Below are positions 26,301 through 39,521 of a stretch of DNA of 64,000 nt, piece by piece. The translations under genes were made by a program, and so were the position numbers. Each line of letters begins with the position of its first letter. Within the stretch, counting starts at the first letter, position 1. A model generated the notes under the pieces. That model was not told the DNA's origin, did no database searches, and was given only the letters and a program-made list of their open reading frames with translations. Source of the DNA: Ophelia neglecta (Eukaryota); NCBI GenBank assembly GCA_965285935.1, contig OZ260661.1:135284001-135348000 (forward strand). Reading direction: 5' to 3'.

Positions 26301-26899
26301 ACAAAAGGAACCCGTCTTCCGCCAGCTACTGTCGCCTTTTGCTTACAACCGATCAAGTGAAAGTATATTTGATATGTGTAGTAAGCCGATTTACGTACGA
26401 AGCCATGCATCAATTATATCCAACTGGGGTCCATCATTTGGGTTTTTGTGAATTAGAACTATTTTAGAGGGTGTGAGAACATAACATGGCCATTTCCGAC
26501 GGTACCAATGACTTTCGGATCATAGGCATTCTAAGTGTCATGAAGTGCCATCTAAATGGACATTCAACCCACTCAGGAACACATTTAGCTGATGAGCTCA
26601 AGAATACTCAATGAATGAAACTGTGAGCCATGGCTGTATACATAACACCACGCACTTATACGTATTCACGTATGGTCTATTAGTATACTTACTTATATTG
26701 GTACCCACAAAAAAACGCCCAAGCTTTCATTGATTAACTCCCCTCTAATTTCTTACTGAGTTGTATTATTGAACCAAACTGAGAATTTGTGTCTTCGCCT
26801 AGAATAAAGGGCACCGAAGTGTCTTCATATGTATATTCACATACCTATATATAGCGTGAATGTCGCTAAAACACCACGGAACAGGGCGGCAGGATACAT
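20335..26899 (-). CDS. CTLD receptor copy D with a LINE inserted in the stalk exon. Exons 26899-26845, 26114-25934, 25834-25557, 25380-(25212 host/25201 cryptic donor), displaced exon end 22138-22128, 21475-21382, 20773-20335
   Basis: Homologous exons are all open. The stalk exon is split 11 nt before its donor by a 3.07-kb LINE. Functional status is uncertain. Confidence 0.75.
22078..25089 (+). CDS. LINE ORF2: C-terminal part of APE endonuclease, reverse transcriptase, CCHC-like C-terminus (first ~20 codons are host sequence)
   Basis: IDY and SDH (endonuclease); KAAGPDG, NYRGISLL, FIDFSKAFDSV, GTRQGCMVSPLLF, YADD, YKYLG (RT); CKHC...HFLLKC. Confidence 0.9.
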   Translation: MLHSHLGEFSDIYIVFTLITDYILDDTPIPGFENDYVCDPFYLPRVSQDRESNQFGLSLLDLCKKFCVHIVNGRFSGDPKGDFTFCSPQARTSVIDYVIISTCLFKNVAKFSVQDEPDSDHFPLSIDFNISAHPDIPNSVKGHCGPRLAWREASASEFRTNLMAPRAAYLLAEMNILADQGDINAAVQCLHEAIYAAGGSMAKEVPRHTNSKRQPRKENTWWDTECQKYKSVVCVSLNGFRRYKSESNLNSYLKAKAKFKTICRVKKETFKENNFGLIRAGSRCTTSLWPAIKRVSSKGTGTPPGISTAEWSEYFSNLLNVTNNDSSESVPYDAYLSTHDSHCDTCRKNEPDCLNDMISESEIVGVIENLPNGKAAGPDGIVYEIFKSSVIILGPYLCNLFNAILRSGIFPDEWCNAIICPLFKGGSKTDPGNYRGISLLCTAGKIFTKIVSNRITEWAEANEKFGEFQAAYRKGRSTADHIFTLHALVQKYLSRRKGRCYVAFIDFSKAFDSVPHSQLLYRLIKDGIHGNILTIVRSMYSKLKSCVRSAAGLSEYFKCVTGTRQGCMVSPLLFILYLQELVRMSIADNCQGIFIDNDFPNVLMLMYADDISMLNDTVGRLQRQLNTLQEFCREYGLCINYSKSKIIVFRRGGIVKTNEKWFLNNFKLEIVTYYKYLGIIFSSKLCWTMAIKTLALQAEKSLRVIRNLYRICGQLTVSLLFDLFDKLVLPILLYGSDVWGYGYRDGIERVQFRFCKYVLGLSVNASNCAAMGECGRQPLYVQYHTRCVKYWLKLLSMDSNRLPRSCYVMLKNLDSNGRSTWATEIKQLLFLYGFGHVWINQGVGNECIFLNEFKTRVSDCARQNWHTELLASSKLDSYVSFKSMLEPEKYLKILNFRDRRLLARFRCPNHALLVEVLRGKVDRAERVCKHCENLGILEVESEVHFLLKCPRYNEIRFKFLPEICNVRDEQTKTKFIKLMSSCNKELLTSVCKFLSCAFQLRDC
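22139..25211 (+). mobile_element. Young 5'-truncated non-LTR retrotransposon (LINE, RTEX/L2-group-like)
   Basis: Interrupts host sequence at gatcactg|. Uninterrupted ORF2. The 3' UTR has AATAAA followed by a T-run. No clear TSD. Confidence 0.92.
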
Positions 26900-29800
26900 A
26901 TTGGGCCCAGATCGAGATAGTCTACCACACTGCCGACATTTAGATGCTGAAATTAACACGGAAGTGATGTTCCGATGCTCTTACATGATACCGAACCTGT
27001 CGAAGCTTTCCTCGTGTAATATATATTACTATATAACACATCCAACGCCTGCTAGCGTTGTAGACTACACACGTTTGTTTTGGCTGGTAAAGTGTGCAGA
27101 CTGCTCTTGATGATGACACGGTCTGTGATCAAGGTCTAAAAGGGTTCGCTTCGCATAAATTGCCAATACCATGACAGCTGATCATTCTATTCAGGCATTA
27201 TAATGACACCCTGCATGGAAATACAAGTTTTATAAACGGGGGAAGCGAATCAGTATATTTATCAAATTCCGTAATATTTAAATAAGGGTACTTTTAGCAT
27301 TGCACTGTATACCGCTTATAGAATCAGATGTAAACGTTTATTTTACAAACGTGCATTTATTGACCTAGTATACAACCTAGTATACCCAGCGCTCCCACCG
27401 TCTTCATTTCAGTAATTTACCGGGCCATCCAATGTGTAAGTATTTTGTTTATAATAAATTGTTTAATCACAAAATCACAGATTAACAACTATAATTTTAT
27501 GATACAGCCAGGTATGTGCGATGAAATTAGACAGTAAATTCCGAATGACTTAATCCACAGTTTGGGGTAAATACGTCATGTTTGCCCTGTTTGCTTGGTC
27601 CAAATTATCATGCTTTACATTTCTAAATGAGACTTTGGCCGTAAATCACCACAATATGATCGGTACGGATTTGAACGGGGTAAGGAATACTGCCTTGGTC
27701 CGTACCTTAGACGAATTCAAAATCAATATTTATGCAATTATTTATCAAGCATCATTTATCTTCTATCGGAGAAGTAGAGAGTCAACTCTCTCAAGTCCTG
27801 CTCATATATGATATCGCCAATGTTGCTGTCAACCTGACTAAATATTCTCTGTCTTAAATCGCTAGTCAGACGGCAGCAACATAACACATGCATCGTATCG
27901 CCACAGGAACAGAGACGGTTTTCTCGCGGAAGTCTAGCCCACCTGCCAGTATCAACGCGCAATGAATGCGAGCCTGTACGCATCCTGGTGAACGCGACGC
28001 GAGCAATCTGTAGGATACGCGTTTCGATGAGGAATCAGACATCATACGGTTGCGGATCAGGTCGAGACCTTGGGTTATATAATCAGTCTATGTATCAAGA
28101 GTCTGAAAGTACACGTCTAACTTGGCCACGCGTGCAGCCTCAAGTGTCAAACATAACGGGGAATCACGAAAATTGACCCGCTGTGAATCTTTCCCCCAAA
28201 AGCGAGCCTGCCCTTCCCGATCAATGGCATCCACAACAGGAACTCCCGCCTCCACGAGCACACAGTGCGTGGTGGTATGTGTGCGCACGCCCGTTATAGC
28301 CTTGAGAGTTGAGATATATGCCGGTTTCAGGCAGGCCACTCAGGAATTCCAACTCTCACATCCATAGATTATGGCAGCAAAGAGTACACACTGCCAAAGG
28401 CGCTCCTTGATGACACAAGTTTGTGTTCAGAAAACACAGTAGTGGGCGCACATGTCCCTGTTTGTTTGCTATATGATCCTGTACCTGTCGGGAGATCACG
28501 CGATGAGAGATCAAGTGGCCAAGATAGCAGTACTGCTCTGTTTGTTGAATGGCCCTCCCAGCAACGACAAACGGACGACAGTCACGTGAATTTGCTACCA
28601 TAAACAATGCCTTTTTATGGTTGATCCGTAATCCATGGCGTCCCACAAAGTCGCCACCAAAGATCTTCCGTTTACGCCTCAACGCAGCGCGTGGAGTGGC
28701 CAGTATGGCCGTGTCGTCCACCAGTAGGTGAGCGTAAAGCCAGGCTAGCCAGCCATCATCGGGAGGGATCGAGGGACAACCGCAAGAGGATTGATGAAGA
28801 ATACAAACAGGATGACAGACAGTGGAGCCCCCTGACGAAGCGCGAGAGTCGCATGAATGGTCGTGTTCCCAATGAGACTAGCCGTATTTGAAAGTAATGC
28901 ACACACTGCCACACAGTGCCGCCAAGAAACGACCACCACAGCCTTTCACAGCCAGCCAATTTAGTATTATTTGTCTTTTTACGGTGTCATATGCCTTTTC
29001 AAAGTCATTAAATGCTATGTACAATGTTTCTTTTGTTCTCCGAGCACGGTCGATAATGAGACGTAAAGTGAGCAGTTGTTTAAGACATTCTCAGCCAGGC
29101 ACAGCCCTGTTCCTGGCAAGGACCCCACCAGCGAGGGAATCGACCTATTAAATAGAGGAGTACACCTCGGCAAGAGATGGGATTTCACCCGATAGTTCCC
29201 AGGAAGAGATCGTTGCCCCTTTTTGAATAACATTGTCAACCTCGCCACTAACCATGCGTACATGGTTTTCCCCCACCAAATCAGATATCATGTTTTATAA
29301 GACACCGAATTTGTTGCCATCCGGTAATGACTGGAAAGCTGTCAACTCCTCCCTCAATGCCAGAAAGGTACGAGTCTAGTATGTCTTGAATCACTGTGTT
29401 TAGGGCCCGCTTCAAGTCATCGGCCCTGGGCTTAGTAATAGCTGACCGTGTCAATGTAAATGTGAATATCTCAGCTAAGTCCAAGTTGACACTTGGTCTG
29501 CCTGACCCAGACTGACTCATTATGAAAACATACACAGGTGATCGATTGTACAGGGATAATAGACCATGGGCACCAGTCAAGCGTAACATACAAGCAAAGT
29601 CAATCAAATATGTCCAAAACTTATCCAGTTCCCAGAGTTTTACCGAGCTGCAGAAATATCTGTTCTCTGACAAAGCCACTGTTGTACACAGTGCCCCAAA
29701 TCCAAATTTAACGGGAAAGTATCTCCACGGGAAGCCTTGATAATCTGCCCTGGGATCCACACAAGCCACACTGTACCTATACGCCATATACATCATATTG

Positions 29801-31700
29801 GGCCGAGATCGAGATATTCTACCCCACTGCAGACATTTAAATGCTGAAATGAGGCTGGTAATGTGATATGTGATCAAGGTCAAACAGGGGTTCGCTTCTC
29901 ATAAATCGCAAATACCATGACTGCTAATCATTCTATAGAAGCATTTTAAAGGCACACCACATGGATATAGGCTTTGTAAACGGAGCAAGCGAATAAGTAT
30001 ATTTATAAAATTCCCTAATATTTATATAAGGATACTTTTGGCATTGAACTGTATACCGATTATTGCAGTTAATTTTTACTTAACACTGCGCTCAAATTAG
30101 ACACAGTAGATTCCAAATGAATTTATCCACAGTATGTGGTAAATACAACATGTTTGACATAAAATGAAGCTAATTAAAACAGATGATATTAATTCAGCGA
30201 ACAAGTTTGTTAAAATACACATTAAGGTACGCATTCCTCTTTTATTTTGGTTTGTCTTTGAAAGACAGTTATCCAGATATAACACCCGGAATAATACTAC
30301 TTTCCCTTTACATTTACTTGTCCAATATACATCCAGCTTAAGAGGCCCATGAGATTTGCCGATGGGGCAGCACTTGCCGGTGACTAGGTAGGAGAATATC
30401 TGCAGGAATGCCATAGATGACAACTGTGTACCACGTAGAAAGTATTTGCATTAATGTCACAACTTACGGCATTATCTTATATCGGGATCTTCGCTTAGCA
30501 TAAAAAAACGCGGCCTTTTTACGATAAACAATTAAATACTGTAAAAACAATATATTTACTGCTAACTATAAAACTAGAGGATATTATAACCTGCTTATTT
30601 TATAACGTCTCACTATTATTTACCGAGGACAAAAGTCGATATATAACTGACCTATGAACGTAGCTCCTAGCACTGCCATGGTTTTGTTAGAATGTGATCA
30701 TGTGATGACGATTATGTGGGACAGTAGATAGTAGATGTATATCTTTTCATCTAACCGCAACTAGTCACGTTCCCCAGGCTCTGTTTTTCACAAACACATT
30801 TTTATCACACGGTAGTTGTGTATAGCTCGTATTATGACTTGACTTGTAGTGTATGTAAACTTGTGTTATGGTAGACACGGTCTGATGACGCCTGTCAAAG
30901 AAACAGTTGTTGTGGTTTAGGGAGGTTAAAGAAATACACTGTCTGTTCAAACCGTGGAAAGTGTCATAGATGAAATAAAAAAGGTTATTGAGATGACCTC
31001 TCCTAGTTAGAGCCCTCTTGCATCTAGCAATAGTTTACTAAAAGTTGAATTGCCAAAATGTAAATATATTGATTGGTGAACAACGAAACAGAAGAAAACA
31101 GAGTGATCATACCATCATTAAACTTCATGTTTTATACATTATAGATTTTTGATGTGAAGAGCCTTATTCAACCAAGCTTGGTAATAGGGATTATACTCTT
31201 ACTTGGCCCGAATTCTACCAGCTACAGGCCAATAAACATAACGTCAAACGTCCATGTATACTTTATTCAATACAAATGAAAACGTCGGAAAATAAAATTT
31301 ATATGATGTATTGTGACTACCCTCTACAGTAGATCATGATACATCCGCGAGAAAATTATACGCTTTTATATCTTATATCATTCAGGTGCTAATCGAGCGT
31401 TTTATCAGATTTTATGATTGTTTAACAAAACTGTCTTTTACATATTGCTGTATTGATACAATGCCTTGTATATGACAGCCCAGCCCACATGCCCATAAAC
31501 ATTATGACACGCAATGATCCTTTCCTACTTTTTTTGTCACACAACTTCCATTTTGAAACAAACGTGATTTGTAATACTACAAATGGGTATCCGCCAATAT
31601 TAATCGAGCAATTATATGTTTGAATATGAATCGCACCTTCTTTTCCAAGCTGCTGATGACATCTATTATACTGAACTTATACCTATAATTGTTCTAATGG
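25632..31700. repeat. Partner of the 1-6050 segmental duplication
   Basis: Direct sequence match to the start of the window. Confidence 0.9.
27753..29780 (-). mobile_element. Old LINE relic upstream of copy D
   Basis: Near-identical to 2122-4140, with an additional 1-nt deletion and 10-nt duplication. Confidence 0.85.
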
Positions 31701-31734
31701 CTTATATTCCGGTTTATTTTATTATTATCTAGTG

Positions 31735-34700
31735 TTAATTAGTCCGTGATATATTCAGTGGAGTGTATGTGACATTCGGTGAGAGGGCCTCGTATTCTCT
31801 TTCAGTTACTTTTTCCACAGAAGCCCAAACAATCCGCCGCCCGACTTCTTCGATGTCTTCATATGTACCTTGAGTCGGCCGCCCAACTTCTTGTATGTCT
31901 TCATATGGACCATCAGTCTGCTGTCCGATATCTTGTATATCCTCGTATGGACCATCTGCACATGGACTGTTTAAAGGATCGTCTCGCGGCTGAATGTAGC
32001 CTACTTCCTCATTTTGAGAAGTAATATATTGTCCTTGGCTTGAATTAGCTACGTTGTAATAATCATGACCAGTGGGGGTGGGGGTGTTCGATCGTTCCTC
32101 CTCGTGAACTGCTGCTTCATTGTAATAGGTGTGTTCTGTGTAAGTCTTCTGTTTGTCTGCTTTGTGTTGCTTCCTTAAAAATACATTTATTGGTACTTAT
32201 TATTATGAATATATACATTTGAAATCTCATAAGATACTTTGGTGTTCAGTTCAGTTTTTCACACTTATCACAACTACACATACAAAAATCAATATGGCCC
32301 CGATGGCTAATCGGATATATATGCATTTAATGGATTCACCGACATCACAAATACTATTAATATCAGCTCATTGTCAATTTGCATTTTAGATTTAGCCTTC
32401 AGGATTATCATACCAGCTCATCTTCCATTTTTTACATCTTCCTGCACGCTTTGTTTCCGTTTTTCTGTTTCCGGATCATTCCCTCCGCCCAACTTTGTCA
32501 CCGCGACCTATCCGCTCCCAAACCCTGTTTCTCACTCCGCCACCTGTGTACTCGCTCTGGACGAGACAGTTTGCAGCCCCTTCAGTCTCTTCGACCCTTT
32601 AAGTTTCAGTAATTGGTTCTTTCATTATTCAGCCTGCCTTCTCGTCAAGCGCTTTGCCCATCCCTCATCTTCCCGCACAACACACCTACCCTCTCCCCCA
32701 AGCATTCTGACTCGACCCCTTGGTTATCAGGCCGGGCATACTGACCACTCCCAGGCACCGGGATACTGTTGCCCCCTCAAATGTGATAAAAAGCACTCTG
32801 GCCATGTTTTCCATTTTAATAAAAATATACTCAAAACGGTAAAGCATAAAATATATAACAAGAATAGATACCCGGAAAGCTTAAGCAATGGTTTACCCAC
32901 GATTTGACGATGAAAGGCCCATTTGACAGTCAACATATTTGGCATCTTACTAGCTAAGATTGCTAATCCGCTTCTCATAAGTACATATCTTACCTACGTT
33001 TCTGGCAGACAACATACAGAACAACAACAATAAAGAGGATTATCACACCACCCAGCACTGGTCCATTATATAAATAAATACTGTTACCTGGAAAAGTTAT
33101 AAAATAATACAATTAGACATATTAGTATCTTTTTTTCTATTTTCCACGAAATATTATTAGTCTGGTCTAGGTGAAGACCAACTAAAACTCGGGCCTCTTT
33201 GAAGGCTGCCGAAGTTGAACTTAACCTCTTCCATATGTGGAATGTGTGTAGGGCATGCTTGTATAATTAAGGCTAAGCTTTCTCAGCTATACAAACAGCA
33301 GATGAACATTTGAGCCACATACCTACTCTGAGGAGTGTAGTTTCTGACCTTAAAACCTCTGCAATTCCTAAGTGCAGAACATTTGAACATATGAAGAACA
33401 TTTCACTGTCAATCAAAATATATCGGACAATGGTGGATTGAGGGATAAGCAAAGAAAGCAGGCTGATCAGATAAAGGAGTTGGAGGGTCTCTGTGGAAAC
33501 TTGCAATCAAAGGTTCTGGAGCAGGAACAATACTTTAGGATAAACAATTTTGAAATTCCTAATATTAAAGATGCGAGGTTCAACGAAGCTACTCTAAAAG
33601 ATCTCCTTTGATTTGTAGATAATCATAAACCCAAAGAATAGAATTTTACTTTACATTAAAAAAATCTGTTTTCGATTCGTATTTCCAAATTTACAACGAC
33701 CTGTCTTCATATGCTGCACTCACATTTAGGTGAATTTTCTGATATACATAGTTTTTACCTTGATCACTGTTGTCAGAGATGTCTGTGGTTGCCTTGGTTG
33801 TTAGTTTAGTTTGAGAGGTTGGAATTGACGTTTTGGTAGAGCCATTCCTTAGTTTAGTTGTCATCGCTGCTGTCGTCGCCTTGTTAGATACATTACCTTG
33901 TTGGGGTCTTAAACTGGTTGATGTCGAAGCTTCTGCATCTGAGCAAAATGATTTTGCATGAACATGGATCGGATATATCAATATGCGTTGATTCAATGAG
34001 ATAGTTGGTCTCAGCAAAGGGGGCACGTCCTACAATTGAACCTCAACTTACTACTGAAGATACACAGACTGGAATCTTATTTCAGTCTATTTACCTTTTC
34101 TTTCACATATAAATCTATAATAATTTCCTGGATCATCTGTCCCAGCCCATTTCCCGTCGATGAGCATCCTTGCATATCCCTCATTGCCATTCGGTTCCCC
34201 GTCACCCCAATTTTGCCATTCATACCAAGAACCACCAAACCACTCCCATCCATTTCGCCTCATTGTTACAATGTCGTTGTTTGATGAGCTTGAAACGTCC
34301 TTTGTTAATCCAATCCAGAATTGGTACATTCTATCCTCGGAATTGCAAACCTCCCCCGACATGCACTTTATCCTAGTTAAAAGGTAAGAATATGTTATAT
34401 CACATAATTGAAAAATACACCACCCACAACTTGATGGGTATTATTGATAAAATGTATTGGTAAGATGACAGTACTAGGTCACACATAGCATGACATTCGT
34501 TTTATTTCAATGCTTTAAGCATTAGAGTACACGAATCTTTCTTACAGGTTTTTGAAAACGAATTCGTTTTGTTCCATGTTTTCAACCGATACTAGAGAAG
34601 CATGCAATCGTTCACATTTGCTAACCGCTTCTGTGAAATTTCGTAGAACCATCTTTTCTGAGACATAATAACACCTCCCCTCATAAGGATACCACTCGCC

Positions 34701-35557
34701 GTCAAATACACATTGCTTTGCTACAACTGCAACACAGATAACACAACGAGTCATAATCGGGGAATAAACTACTGGAAAGAAATGCACGAGAGCGCGCTCC
34801 TCATAAGAAATGAATACATAGCATTGAGACTAACAGGAATCTTTGATGACTACATTAATACAGTACAGTTATCAAATTATAGTATCAGAATATATTACAT
34901 GCCAAACAAAAGGAACCCGTCTTCCGCCAGCTACTTTCGCCTTTTGCTAATAACTGATCTAGTGAAATTATATTCGATATGTATGCGTGTAGTAAGCCGA
35001 TTTACGTACGAAGCCATGTTTCAATTATATTCGACTGGGGTTCCATCATTTGGGGTTTTGCGAATTTGAAGTTGGACCATTTTAGAGGGTTTGAGAAATA
35101 AGATGGCCATTTTCTACGGCACAAATGACTTTCGGATCATAGGCCTTCTAAGTGTCATGAAGTGCCTTCTAATGGCCATTCAACCCAATGAAAACTATCC
35201 TCGTTCGAGGAAGAATCAGGAACACATTAAGCTAATGAGCTGAAGAATACTCAATGAATGAAACTGTGAGCCATGGCGGTATACATAACACCACTCACTC
35301 ATACGTATTCACGTATGGTCTATTAGTATACTTACTTTTATTGGTACCCACAAAAAAAAACGTTGTCTGAATACGCCCAAGCTTTCATTGGTTAACTCCC
35401 CTCTAATTTCTTACTGAGTTGTATTATTGAACCAAACTGAGAATTTGTGTCTTCGCCTAGAATAAAGGGCACCAACGTGTCTCCATATGTATATACACAT
35501 ACCTAAATATAGCGTAAATGTCGCTAAAACGCCACGGAACAGGGCGGCAGGATACAT
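31735..35557 (-). CDS. CTLD type I transmembrane receptor copy E (~408 aa). Exons 35557-35503, 34726-34546, 34372-34095, 33938-33759, 33087-32994, 32173-31735
   Basis: Exons 55/181/278/180/94/439 join in frame. The tail exon was translated by hand and is open; it is absent from the ORF track only because it has no upstream start codon. Confidence 0.85.
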
Positions 35558-36391
35558 ATTGGGCCAAGATCGAGATATTCTGCCACACTGCCGACATTAA
35601 ATGCTGAAATGAACACGGAAGTGGTGTTCCGATGCTCTTACATGAACACGAACCTGTCGAAGCTTTCCTCGTGTAATATAACTCTATATAACATATCCAC
35701 CGCCTATTTGCGTTGTAGACTACACATGTTTGTTTTGGCTGGTAAACTGTGTAGATAGCTGTTGAAGGCGACACGGTCTGTGATCAAGATCTAAAAGTGT
35801 TCGCTTCGCATAAATTGCAAATGCTGTGACTGCTTATCTTTCTATTCAGGCATCATAATGACACCCGGCATTGATATACAAGTTTGTAAACGGGGGAATC
35901 GAATAAGTATATTTATATAATTCCGTTATATTTAAATAAGGAAAATTTTAGAATTGTACTGTATACCGCTTATAGCATTATATTTAAAATTTATTTTATA
36001 AACGTGCATTTGTTGACTAGAACCTAGTATACCTGGCCCTCTCACCGTCTTCATTTCGGTAATTTACCTGGCCATCCAATGTGTAGGTATTAAGTTTATA
36101 GTAAATTGTATAATCACAAAATCACATATTGGCAACAATAATTTAAGCCAGCAATGTACGTGAAATTAGTCAGTAAATTCCGAATGAATGTATCCACAGT
36201 TTGTGGTAAATACGTCATGTTTGCCCTGTTGCTTGGTCCAAATTATCATGCTTTACATATCTAAATGATACTTTGGCCGTAAATCACCACACTATGATCG
36301 GTACGGATTTGAACGGGGTAAGGAAAAATGCCTTGGTCCGTACCCTAGACGAATTCAAAATCAATATTTGTGCAATTATTTATCAAGCATC

Positions 36392-38160
36392 ATTTATTTT
36401 CTATCGGAGAAGTAGAGAGACAAATCTCTCAAGTCCTGCTCATATATGATATCGCCAATGTTGCTGTCAACCTGACCAAATATTCTCTGTCTTAAATCGC
36501 TAGTCAGATGGCAGCAACATAACACATGCATCGTATCGCCACAGGAACAGAGACGGTTTTCTCGCGGAAGTCAAGCCCACCTGTCGGTCTCCACGCGCAA
36601 TGAATGCGAGCCTGTACGCATCCTGGTGAATGCGACGCGAGCAATCTGTAGGATACGCGTTTCGATGAGGAATCATACGGTTGCGGATCAAGTCGATACC
36701 TTGGTTATATCATCAGTCTGCGTATTAACATTCTGAAAGTATTGGTACATGTCTGACTTGGCCACGCGTGCAGCCTCAAGCGTCAATCATAACGGGAAAT
36801 TACGGAAATAGACCCGCTGTGAATCTTTCCCCCAAAAGCGAACCTGCCTTTCCCGATCAATGGCATTCACATCAGGAACTCCCGCCTCCACGAGCACACA
36901 GTGCTTGGTGGTATGTGTGCGCACGCACATTATAGCCTTGAGAGTTGAGACATATGCCTGTTTCAGGCAGGCCACTGAGGAAGTCTACCAACTCTCACAT
37001 CCATTGAGTAAGGCAGCAAAGAGTGCACACTGCCACACGCGCTTCTTGATGGCATAAAGAGCGTCTCTGTTTGTTGGATGGCCGACCCAGCAACGACAAA
37101 CGGAAAAACAGTCCCGTGAATTTGCCACCATAAACAGTGACTTTTTCTGGTTGATCCAAAGTCCGGCACGTCCAACAAAGTCGCCACCAAAGATCTTCCG
37201 TTTACGCCTCATCGTAGCGCATGAAGTGGCCAGAATGGCCGTGTCGTCCACCAGTAGGTGAGCGTGAAGCCAGGCTAGCCAGCCATCACCTGGGAGGGAT
37301 CGATGGTCGATGAAGAATACAAACTGGATGGCAGACGGTGGGTCCCCCTGACGAAGCGCGAGAGTCGCATGGATGGTGGTGTTCCCAATGAGACCAGCCG
37401 TGTTTGAAAGTAATGCACATAATGCCGCCAAGAAACGACCAATACATCCTTTCACAGCCAGCCAATTTAGTATTATTTGTCTTTTACGGGGGGTCATATG
37501 CCTTTTCGAAGTCAATAAATGTTATGTACAATGTTTTCTTTGTTTTCCGAGCACGGTCGATAATGAGACGTAAAGTAGGTAGTTTTTTAAGACATTCTCG
37601 GCCAGGCTGGCCGCCAGCCTGTTCCTGGCAAGGACGCCACCAGCGAGGGAATCAAAATCAGATATCATGTTTTATAAGACACCGAATTTGTTGCCATCCG
37701 GTAATGACTGGAAAGCTGTCAACTCCTCCCTCAATGCCAGACAGTTACGAGTCTTTTTTGTCTTGAATCACTGTGTTCAGGGCCCGCTTCAGGTCATCGG
37801 CCCTGGGCTTAGTAATAGCTGACCGTGTTAATATAAATGTGAATATCTCAGCTAAGTCCAAGTTGACACTTGGACTGCCTGACCCAGACTGACTCATAAT
37901 GAAATATACACAGGTGATCGAGTGTATAGGGAGTATAGACCATGGGCGCCAGTCAAGCGTAACATACAAGCAACCCCAATCAAAATAGGTCCAAAACTTA
38001 TCTAGTTCCCAGATTTTTACCGAGCTGCAGAAATGGCTGTTCTTTGTCAAAGCCTCTATTGAACACAGTGCCCCAAATCCAAATTTAACGGCAAAGTATC
38101 TCCACGGGAATCCTTGATAATCTGCCCTGGTATCGACACAAGCAACACTGTACTTATACG
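36392..38160 (-). mobile_element. Old LINE relic upstream of copy E
   Basis: Same junction (TATCAAGCAT|CATTTAT) and RT motifs (LRQGDPPS, LVDD), with internal deletions. Confidence 0.8.
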
Positions 38161-39521
38161 CTATATACATCATATTGGGCCGAGATCGAGATATTCGACC
38201 CCACTGCAGATATTTAAATGCTGAAATGAGGCTGGTAATATGAACTGTGTAATAAAACATGTTCTACTTTCCCTTTACATTTACTTCTCCAATATACACC
38301 CATGTTAACAGTCCCATGAGATTTGCCGATGAGGCAGCACTTCCCGATGACTAGGAGAGTATCGGCAGGAATGCGATAGATGACAACTGTATACCATGTA
38401 GACAATATTTTCAGAGTTGCATTAATGTCACAACTTACGGCATTATTTTGGGTCTTCGCTGAGCATAAAAAGACCCACAATAGGCCTTCTTACCGTACAC
38501 AATTAAAATACTGCAAAAGCAGTATAAGTACTGCTAATTATGAAACTAGAGGACATTATAACCTGTTTATTTTAGTACGTCTAACTATTATTAACAGAGG
38601 ACAAAAGTCGATACAAAGCTGAGCTAGCATTGTATCTGCTATGTATTGCCATGTTTTTTGTTAAAATGCCCTTAAAACTAGATATCATGTGGGGACAAAT
38701 ATGTTGGAAAGTAGATAATAGATGTACATCTTTTCATCTAACCACAACTAGTCACGTTCCCCAGGCCCTGTTTTCACAAACACATTTTTATCACACGGTA
38801 GTTGTGTAAAGCTGGTATTATGACTTGACTTGTAGTATATGTAAACGTATGTTATGCTATGCACGGTCTGATAACGCCTGTCAATTAAACAGTGCAGTGG
38901 GTATATTTTGCGGCAGGGAATATCAATTTTTAACACTTTATCTCATTTCCAACACTTTATCACAGTGGCTGTCTCGTGCATCAATTAACTGTATGTTGGA
39001 GAACGACAACGACATCAAGAACAGCATTAAGATTGCTTAGAAAAGTATAGTAACTCCATATTTATTGAGTGCCAATTAATTTAGCTGTTGTGGTTTAGGA
39101 AGGTTCAAGAAATACACTGTATGTTCAGAAAAAGTAAACCTTAAAAAGTGTCATAGATGACATATAACGACTTTGGTTATGGATATTACATCCCCTCGTT
39201 AGAGACCTCTAACATCTAGCAATAGTTTGATAAAAGTTAAATTGCAAAAAATCTGAATATATTGATTGGTGAAGAACGAAACAGAAGTGATCATGACATC
39301 AATAAACCTCATATTTTATACATGTTAGATTTTAGATGTGAAGAGCCTTATTCAACCAAGCTTGGCAATGAGGATTTTTTATTCTAACAGGATCTGTTTA
39401 AATATCAATCACACCTTCTTTTCCTATGTCCAAGCTGCTGATGACATCTATTATACTGAACTAAGACATATATAATTGTTCTTAAGACTGACATTCCGGT
39501 TTATTTTATTACATTCAAGTG

